The notes under the pieces were generated by a model, which was not told the DNA's origin, made no database searches, and was given only the letters and a program-made list of their open reading frames with translations. This document shows positions 5,799 to 11,092 of a stretch of 11,092 nucleotides of DNA, piece after piece (position 1 is the stretch's first letter; every line of letters starts with the position of its first letter). The DNA is from Candidatus Nanohalobium sp. Lineage in GTDB: Archaea; Nanohalarchaeota; Nanosalinia; Nanosalinales; Nanosalinaceae. The stretch lies in assembly GCA_042216335.1 (NCBI GenBank), contig JBDGTY010000042.1:1-11092 (forward strand). Direction: 5' to 3'. A program made the position numbers and the translations under genes.

Positions 5799-6940
5799 AA
5801 CTGTACGAACACGAGGCCAAAGAACTTCTCGAAAAACACGGCCTGGAGACACCATCCAGAGAACTGGAAAAAGGAAAAAGGTATGTTATCAAGGGCCAGT
5901 TGCTCGCCAATAATCGGAAGGAGATGGGAGCGGTAAGGTTCGCCAAGGACCTGGAGGAGGCAGAAGCGATCAAGCAGGAGATGATCGGTGCCGAATTCAA
6001 GGGAAAGGAACTTGAGGAGGCTGTTATCGAGGAACAGGTAGAGTTCTCGGAAGAATACTACGTCTCGTTCATGTACGACACAGACACCAGAAGTCCTGTG
6101 ATGATCTTCTCCAGAAAAGGAGGTACCGGAGTCGAGGACAGAGAATCAGCCAAGATTTCTCTGGAAGATGACTCAGCCTTCAGATTCAGGGAGTTCCTGA
6201 AAGAACAGGGATTTGAAGGCAAGGAAATTGCCAGATTAGGAAGCACTTTACAGAAACTATTCAGTGCCTTCCTGAAAGAAGATGCCCGGCTTCTCGAAGT
6301 CAATCCTCTGGCGAGGACCGAGGACGGCTATGTTGTCCTGGATGCGATGATTGATCTTGAAGATGACGCAGATTACCGACACGACAGAGATTTCCCAGAA
6401 AGGTCAGTTATGGGAAGAGAAAAAACCGAAAGGGAGATAAAGGCGGAGAAGATAGATGAGGAAGACCACAGAGGAGTGGCAGGAAAATATACGGAACTAG
6501 ACGGCAACATCGGGATGATGCTGGCCGGAGGAGGCGCCAGTTTAACTAACATGGATGCACTGATTGAGTACGGCGGCGAACCGGCGAACTACACAGAGTA
6601 CGGCGGCAATCCGCCGACCGAGAAAGTCTACAAGCTTTCCAAGATTATAATGTCGAAGGATATCGCTGGGCTGTGGCATGTCGGCGGCACAGCCAACAAC
6701 ACGGATGTTCTCAGGACGATGAAAGGCTTTGTCCAGGCACTGGAAGAGGAGGAGCCGGATTACCCTATAGTTGTGAGGAGGGACGGCCCACACGCTGACG
6801 AAGCGTTCGAACTGTTAAGAGAGACGAAGGAGAAACTTGACCTAGACATGAAGTTGTTCAGAAATGATAAACCTATGACAGAGTCGGCAGAGGATTTGAT
6901 TGATATGGTGGAAGAGTATAGAGGTGGGGAAGATGAATAA
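5795..6940 (+). CDS. aclB: ATP-citrate lyase beta / citryl-CoA synthetase large subunit (ATP-grasp plus citrate-binding domain)
   Basis: MKLYEHEAKELL, EYYVS, LLEVNPL, LDA..DDADYRH (SCS-beta fold). ACL-type motifs MLAGGGAS, ANYTEYGGNP, GGTANNTDV and VVRRDGP differ from SucC (ANFLDVGG, GGIxRCD, VRLxGTN). Confidence 0.85.
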   Translation: MKLYEHEAKELLEKHGLETPSRELEKGKRYVIKGQLLANNRKEMGAVRFAKDLEEAEAIKQEMIGAEFKGKELEEAVIEEQVEFSEEYYVSFMYDTDTRSPVMIFSRKGGTGVEDRESAKISLEDDSAFRFREFLKEQGFEGKEIARLGSTLQKLFSAFLKEDARLLEVNPLARTEDGYVVLDAMIDLEDDADYRHDRDFPERSVMGREKTEREIKAEKIDEEDHRGVAGKYTELDGNIGMMLAGGGASLTNMDALIEYGGEPANYTEYGGNPPTEKVYKLSKIIMSKDIAGLWHVGGTANNTDVLRTMKGFVQALEEEEPDYPIVVRRDGPHADEAFELLRETKEKLDLDMKLFRNDKPMTESAEDLIDMVEEYRGGEDE

Positions 6941-7565
6941 GATACCTGTTTTCGATATCGGAGATACGTTGATGCCTTCGTTCCGGCTTCAGAACGAGTT
7001 GATGAAGGATGAGCTGGATGAGTACGGTGCGGAGGAGATCCCGGAGTTCGATGTGAACAATTTCCGTATCTACACTCCCTCAGAGGTCCGTGAGTACATG
7101 GAGAAGCACGGTATCGAGCACAACGACCCGCTGAGGATCATCGAGAAGTACAAGGAGCGGGAGAGAAAGTTCATGGAGAGCCACAACGTTTTCCAGATGC
7201 TGAAGAAAGTCTCAAAGGATTTCGGGCCTATCGGTTTCATCAGCGACAACACCATCGAGGGAAAGAACTGGTTCGAAACATTGCTGAAAGCTCACGGAGT
7301 CGATTACAAAGGTTTCGTGGTTTCGGAGGAGGTCGGAGTAGAGAAGCCGGATCCGCAGATCTTCAGGAAGTTCTTCGACTACCGTACCGAGCCAGCGGAG
7401 AAGTTCATCTACTTCGGCAACAACCTGAACCGGGACCCGGCGTGTCGGAAGGTCGGCATGGACTTCGTCCTCGTCAAGCAGTACAAGGTGTATGGGGAGA
7501 AGGAAGGCGTTGATCCGGTCGAAAACCTCACATACGAATCAGTCAAGGAGGTAGTCACCGAATGA
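6933..7565 (+). CDS. HAD-superfamily hydrolase, 210 aa
   Basis: FDIGDTL (motif I), ISDN (II), SEEVGVEKPDP (III), FGNNLNRD (IV variant). Start ATG 6933 follows an SD-like GAGGTG and overlaps the aclB end by 8 nt. Confidence 0.88.
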   Translation: MNKIPVFDIGDTLMPSFRLQNELMKDELDEYGAEEIPEFDVNNFRIYTPSEVREYMEKHGIEHNDPLRIIEKYKERERKFMESHNVFQMLKKVSKDFGPIGFISDNTIEGKNWFETLLKAHGVDYKGFVVSEEVGVEKPDPQIFRKFFDYRTEPAEKFIYFGNNLNRDPACRKVGMDFVLVKQYKVYGEKEGVDPVENLTYESVKEVVTE

Positions 7566-8458
7566 GCGTTTTCGCCGACGAAGACACCAAACTACTGATC
7601 CAAGGCATCACCGGCAGAGCAGCTAGTGAAAAGACGCCGGACATGAAAGACTACGGCACCGACGTCCTAGCAGGTGTCACCCCAGGCAAGGGAGGAGAGG
7701 AAGTCGCCGGCGTACCCGTCTACGACACCGCCCGGGAGGCCAAGAGAGAACATCCGGAGATCAATACCTCACTGGTGTACGTCCCGCACTTCGCGGCGAA
7801 GGACGCGATACTCGAGGCACTGGAGAACGGGATAGAGAAGATCAACGTCACGACCGAGCGCATCCCGACCAGAGACATGTGGGAAGTCAGGAAGGAACTG
7901 GAGAGAAAGGATGCGACACTAGTCGGCCCGACATCTGTCGGAGTGATCAGTCCTGGCAAAGCCAAGATCGGGCCGATCGGCGGCAACAGAGCCAAGGAAG
8001 TCTACAGCGAGGGAAGGATCGGCATAGTATCGAAGTCAGGAGGGATGACAACCGAGACCGCACAGGTCGTCCAGAACGCAGGATTCGGCATCTCAACCGC
8101 GATGGATATCGGCGGAGATAAAATCGCTGGGACAAACTTCGTGGAGGCACTGGAGATGTTCGAGGAGGACGATGAAACGGATGCGGTCGTGATGTTCGGA
8201 GAGCTGGGCGGCACCTACGAGAACCAGGTCGCAGAGTTCCTGGAGGAGAACCCTGACTCCGACACACCGGTCGTGGCATTCATCACGGGAAAGTTCACCG
8301 AGAACATGCCTTCACAGCAGTACGGCCACGCAGGAGCCGTCATTCGCGGCGATGAGGACAAGCCCAGCTACAAGGAGAAAGTTCTAAGAGAGTCCGGTGT
8401 ACATGTTGTAGATGTGCACCACGACATAGGTGAGAAATTGAAGGAGGTACTGGGATGA
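7562..8458 (+). CDS. Citryl-CoA synthetase small subunit / ACL alpha N-terminal half (SucD-like, CoA-binding, phospho-His)
   Basis: QGITG, GVTPGKGG, VPVY, LVGP, SKSGG, IGGD, FGELGG, GHAGA catalytic His. ATGA overlap with the HAD gene and SD GGAGGT. Confidence 0.88.
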   Translation: MSVFADEDTKLLIQGITGRAASEKTPDMKDYGTDVLAGVTPGKGGEEVAGVPVYDTAREAKREHPEINTSLVYVPHFAAKDAILEALENGIEKINVTTERIPTRDMWEVRKELERKDATLVGPTSVGVISPGKAKIGPIGGNRAKEVYSEGRIGIVSKSGGMTTETAQVVQNAGFGISTAMDIGGDKIAGTNFVEALEMFEEDDETDAVVMFGELGGTYENQVAEFLEENPDSDTPVVAFITGKFTENMPSQQYGHAGAVIRGDEDKPSYKEKVLRESGVHVVDVHHDIGEKLKEVLG

Positions 8459-8811
8459 GTTCCACAAAATCCAGCAATTACAGTCATCAGGCTACTGTGA
8501 GGAAGTCTGAGACAGTTGATGATTTCTTCTACGATATTGACAGCCTCCTATCCAATTTCATGGATCACTGGCAGAACCACAGAGACGATGAAAAAGATGA
8601 AATCTATCCTCAGATCGAAGGCAAGTACAGAGGATTCTCCGCAGAGGAAAACGACCTTTACTTTGAGATAACAGCTGAAGCGGACGAGAAAGCCGTCATA
8701 AAACTGGAATACCAGGATCAACAGCAGGACACTCTCGACCACGTAGAAGGCAAGCTCGAGAAAGTCTGGGAAAACCGCATAGAAACAGTACTGGAAAGAG
8801 GCAGAAAATGA
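8455..8811 (+). CDS. Hypothetical acidic protein, 118 aa, inside the ACL operon
   Basis: ATGA overlaps at both ends, SD GGAGGT upstream, halophile-like composition. No recognised motif. Confidence 0.8.
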   Translation: MSSTKSSNYSHQATVRKSETVDDFFYDIDSLLSNFMDHWQNHRDDEKDEIYPQIEGKYRGFSAEENDLYFEITAEADEKAVIKLEYQDQQQDTLDHVEGKLEKVWENRIETVLERGRK

Positions 8812-9512
8812 CAGACTGGGAAACGTCAATTTCCTCTTCAGGAGAGGATTCTGTCGTCAGAGGAGTTCCGAGAGAGGAAGTCATGGACATGGACTTCGCA
8901 GACGCCATCTGGCTGATACTGAAAGGGGAAAAACCTTCCGAGGAGGAATCTGAGATATTTAATACTATTCTATCGACTTCAATCGATCACGGAATAGGAA
9001 ACCCCTCCACGGTCTCCGCCCGGACGGTTCAGAGCGGTGGCAACGACATGAACACATCTATCGCCGGAGGGATTCTGGCGCTGGGCGATAAGCACGGTGG
9101 AGCCATCGAGGACTGCATGGAGGTACTACAAGACGAGGACTATTCTCCTGACGAGATTGTCGATGTTTTCACCAAATCTGGAGACAAGATCCCGGGACTT
9201 GGACACAAGGTATATGAAGAGGAAGATCCGAGAGCCGTGAAGATTTTCAGAAAAGCAGAAGAACTCGGGATCTCAGGTAATTATGTTGAAAGGATGAAAG
9301 AGATTGCTGACTCCTTTGCGGAGGAGAAAGTCCCTCTCGTCATCAATGTGGACGGAGCGATCGCCGCAGTCATGAGCGACTTAGACTGGCCTCCAGAGCT
9401 CGGGAAAGGTTTCTTCATAATCGCCCGGACACCAGGACTGGTGGCGCATGTCCACGAGGAGATGGGAGAAGAGGACTTCAGAAGGGAGGAAGGAGAATAC
9501 GTTGGAGATTAG
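8808..9512 (+). CDS. ccl: Citryl-CoA lyase (citrate synthase homology domain)
   Basis: DHG..PST, G.KHGGAIE, IPGLGHK, DPRA, NVDGAIAA, ARTPGLVAH. At 234 aa it is too short for a citrate synthase. Confidence 0.9.
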   Translation: MTDWETSISSSGEDSVVRGVPREEVMDMDFADAIWLILKGEKPSEEESEIFNTILSTSIDHGIGNPSTVSARTVQSGGNDMNTSIAGGILALGDKHGGAIEDCMEVLQDEDYSPDEIVDVFTKSGDKIPGLGHKVYEEEDPRAVKIFRKAEELGISGNYVERMKEIADSFAEEKVPLVINVDGAIAAVMSDLDWPPELGKGFFIIARTPGLVAHVHEEMGEEDFRREEGEYVGD

Positions 9513-10018
9513 ACGTTAAGTTTGTCGTTTATCTCCTTCAGCTCTGAGAGCATCTCCTTCATTATCTCTTTCTGGCTTTTTTCTCCCTTGACTGTGTCGG
9601 ACTGCTCCTTCTTCATCAGGTCGTTGATCTGTTCCTGCACCTGTTTCGGGTCCTCGATGCTTCTGAACCGCATCTCTACTCCCTGACCTCCGGCCGTCGA
9701 TATCTCGATGTTCCCGTAGCCGAAGTGGTTGCCGAGGACTCCCTGACTGAAGCTGATGTTCTGGACCTTATCGAATCCTATCTTCTGGACGCTGCGGGAC
9801 AGCACACCTTTCTTGACGTACAGGTTGTCGGTGGTGACGACATAATCCGTGTTCTTGACGCTGAGGTATGCGCCGGCTATGATGAATATCCCGATTCCAA
9901 TTATCGTGAACGGTATACCGACGATGACGGCCGGGATTATGCTTTTCATACGCGGGTTGCCTTCCCAGACGACTTCCTCGCCGGAGGAAAGGTTCAGCCA
10001 GTCAAAGCTCTCTTTCAT
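9509..10018 (-). CDS. Membrane-anchored bacterial PH domain protein (bPH_2, YdbS/YdbT-like)
   Basis: LSSGEEVVWEG, a hydrophobic segment, then YVVT..LYVKKGVLSR...I.F.KVQNI...QG......GYGNI.I.TAG, and a C-terminal amphipathic helix. Confidence 0.88.
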   Translation of the reverse strand: MKESFDWLNLSSGEEVVWEGNPRMKSIIPAVIVGIPFTIIGIGIFIIAGAYLSVKNTDYVVTTDNLYVKKGVLSRSVQKIGFDKVQNISFSQGVLGNHFGYGNIEISTAGGQGVEMRFRSIEDPKQVQEQINDLMKKEQSDTVKGEKSQKEIMKEMLSELKEINDKLNV

Positions 10019-10040
10019 GTAGAAAACTTGGAACTGGAGA

Positions 10041-10048
10041 AATTAAAA
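10041..10048. promoter_or_regulatory. Single AT-rich core positioned as TATA box for both divergent genes
   Basis: TTAAAA (10043-10048) lies about 25 nt from ATG 10018 (minus) and about 23 nt from GTG 10071 (plus) in a 52-nt gap. Confidence 0.5.
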
Positions 10049-10070
10049 CCTGTCCGAGAAAAAAACAGGT

Positions 10071-10379
10071 GTGAACTCTGACAGATTCGAATCAGACCTG
10101 GGGGAAGTCGCAGTAACGAAGACTCACGTCGAGAGAAGGAGGAACGACTCGGAGGAATGGGAGCGCATAACTGACAACTTCAGCGAGGAAAAGCTGGTTG
10201 ACGAGGCCGAGTACGTGGACATCGAGGATATGGAGCTGGAGAAAGGTTCTATCTATCCCAACATCCGTCTGAAGGTCGACGGCGACTGGAAGCGGATGTT
10301 CTTCCATGTGGGCGACGAGGCCGAGGAGTGCTTCAAGCGTTTGAAGTACCGGTGGAACGCTTTCCACCAGAACTACTGA
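10071..10379 (+). CDS. Hypothetical protein, 102 aa, possible soluble PH-like fold
   Basis: Acidic, coding-like ORF with GTG start. Beta-strand pattern (GEVAVT..V, YVDIEDMEL, IRLKV, RMFF) followed by a C-terminal helix. Confidence 0.75.
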   Translation: MNSDRFESDLGEVAVTKTHVERRRNDSEEWERITDNFSEEKLVDEAEYVDIEDMELEKGSIYPNIRLKVDGDWKRMFFHVGDEAEECFKRLKYRWNAFHQNY

Positions 10380-10413
10380 AAGTTTTATTCACGTGTTTCT
10401 ACAAACTTCTGGC

Positions 10414-11015
10414 ATGGTAAGCGTCCTGAGCAGGGTTATCGACAGGTTGAAGAGCAACGACGAAATCCACATCCAAGACATGGACCTCGACGAACTCAAG
10501 GAGGAGAGAAGTGAATTGAGGGCCGACCTCGAACTGAAGAGGGACAAGCACGAGGGACTGGCCGAGAAAAGAAGGACGAAGTTCGAAAGGTTACAGGATA
10601 CTGAAGACGAGCTCCTTCAGGAGGAACTGGCTGAGGAGATCGCCTCGCTCGAGGACGAGATGAGCATCTACCACAACGAACACGCACGGTCATGGACGCA
10701 CTCAGAGTCATCGACGGATTGATCGCAGTTAAGAGGAAACAAAACCTGATGGAGGATCAGGGAATCGTCCAGGAACTCGAAGAGATGGACCAGGAAGAAC
10801 TCGTCGACACATTGAAACAGGAGCGCGTCCAGGAACTGATACAGGAAGAACAGTGGGACGAACTGAGGGACGCGTTCAGAGGCCAGCTGAAGCCTGAGCA
10901 CTCCGGAAGCAAGCGCGTCAACGAGATAATCCAATCAGCAGAAGAAAACAGAGGCGAATCCGTCGACAAAGCGTTAAAGAAAAGGGACAGCGAGAGAGGC
11001 CAGAATATTCACTGA
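10414..11015 (+). CDS. All-helical coiled-coil protein of about 200 aa split by a frameshift near 10689 (possible ESCRT-III/PspA-like)
   Basis: ATG 10414 lies about 25 nt after GAAAG-TTTTATT. Adding one base at CGG^TC (10687-10691) joins ...HNEHAR to VMDALRVIDGL..., merging the two track ORFs into one 200-codon gene. Confidence 0.7.
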
Positions 11016-11016
11016 G

Positions 11017-11043
11017 AAAAAAGAGAGGGTTCAAAGAACCCTC
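11017..11043 (-). terminator. Hairpin plus T-tract terminator downstream of the right-edge tRNA
   Basis: GAGGGTTC-TTT-GAACCCTC (8-bp perfect stem, 11025-11043) followed by TCTTTTTT on the minus strand, between convergent transcripts. Confidence 0.65.
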
Positions 11044-11072
11044 AACTTGCGTGCCAACTGAGCGTAACCAGT

Positions 11073-11092
11073 TGCGGTTGCCGGGATTTGAA
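11073..11092 (-). tRNA. 3' end of a tRNA, probably tRNA-Gly (partial)
   Basis: Minus strand TTCAAAT-CCCGG-CAACCGC-A gives T loop, T stem, acceptor strand and A73. The GCG...CGCA acceptor fits archaeal Gly (Leu is possible). The anticodon is outside the window. Confidence 0.8.

Noticed and set aside
6566-6607. 12-bp direct repeat GAGTACGGCGGC at 30-nt spacing
   Set aside because: Two copies only, encoding EYGG twice within a conserved aclB motif. Not a CRISPR array or target-site duplication.
5795-9512. Annotation as sucC, sucD and citrate synthase
   Set aside because: The beta subunit has ACL-type rather than SucC substrate motifs, and the 234-aa protein has citryl-CoA lyase length and the NVDG motif.
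688-10969. Remaining overlapping track ORFs (for example 1136-1588, 3347-3991, 4351-4725, 7947-8279, 9725-10081)
   Set aside because: They are antisense or off-frame shadows of well-supported genes, mostly Ser/Arg/Pro-rich and without motifs.
448-11092. Whole window as an integrated element bounded by two tRNAs
   Set aside because: The two tRNA ends differ in sequence, there is no integrase, and the content is metabolic.

Overview
Gene-dense archaeal chromosome segment with very acidic proteins, overlapping start/stop codons, TATA boxes about 25 nt before apparently leaderless starts, and a bulge-helix-bulge tRNA intron. A Nanohaloarchaeota (DPANN) origin is my inference. Left to right: a DUF433 antitoxin running off the left edge, apparently joined to an inverted DUF5615-like toxin fragment; tRNA-Leu(GAG) with a 68-nt intron; a lipoate-protein ligase plus a coupled, degenerate paralog; a VOC ring-cleaving dioxygenase and carboxylesterase pair; a PduO adenosyltransferase and a frameshifted isoaspartyl peptidase/asparaginase; a CheD-like Cys-His protein whose ATG is followed directly by TAG; a three-piece ATP-citrate lyase (citryl-CoA synthetase/lyase) operon with a HAD hydrolase and an unknown gene inserted; two divergent PH-fold genes; a frameshift-split coiled-coil gene of about 200 aa (possibly ESCRT-III/PspA-like); and the 3' end of a probable tRNA-Gly with a terminator. 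Family calls come from motif recognition by eye; no searches were run.
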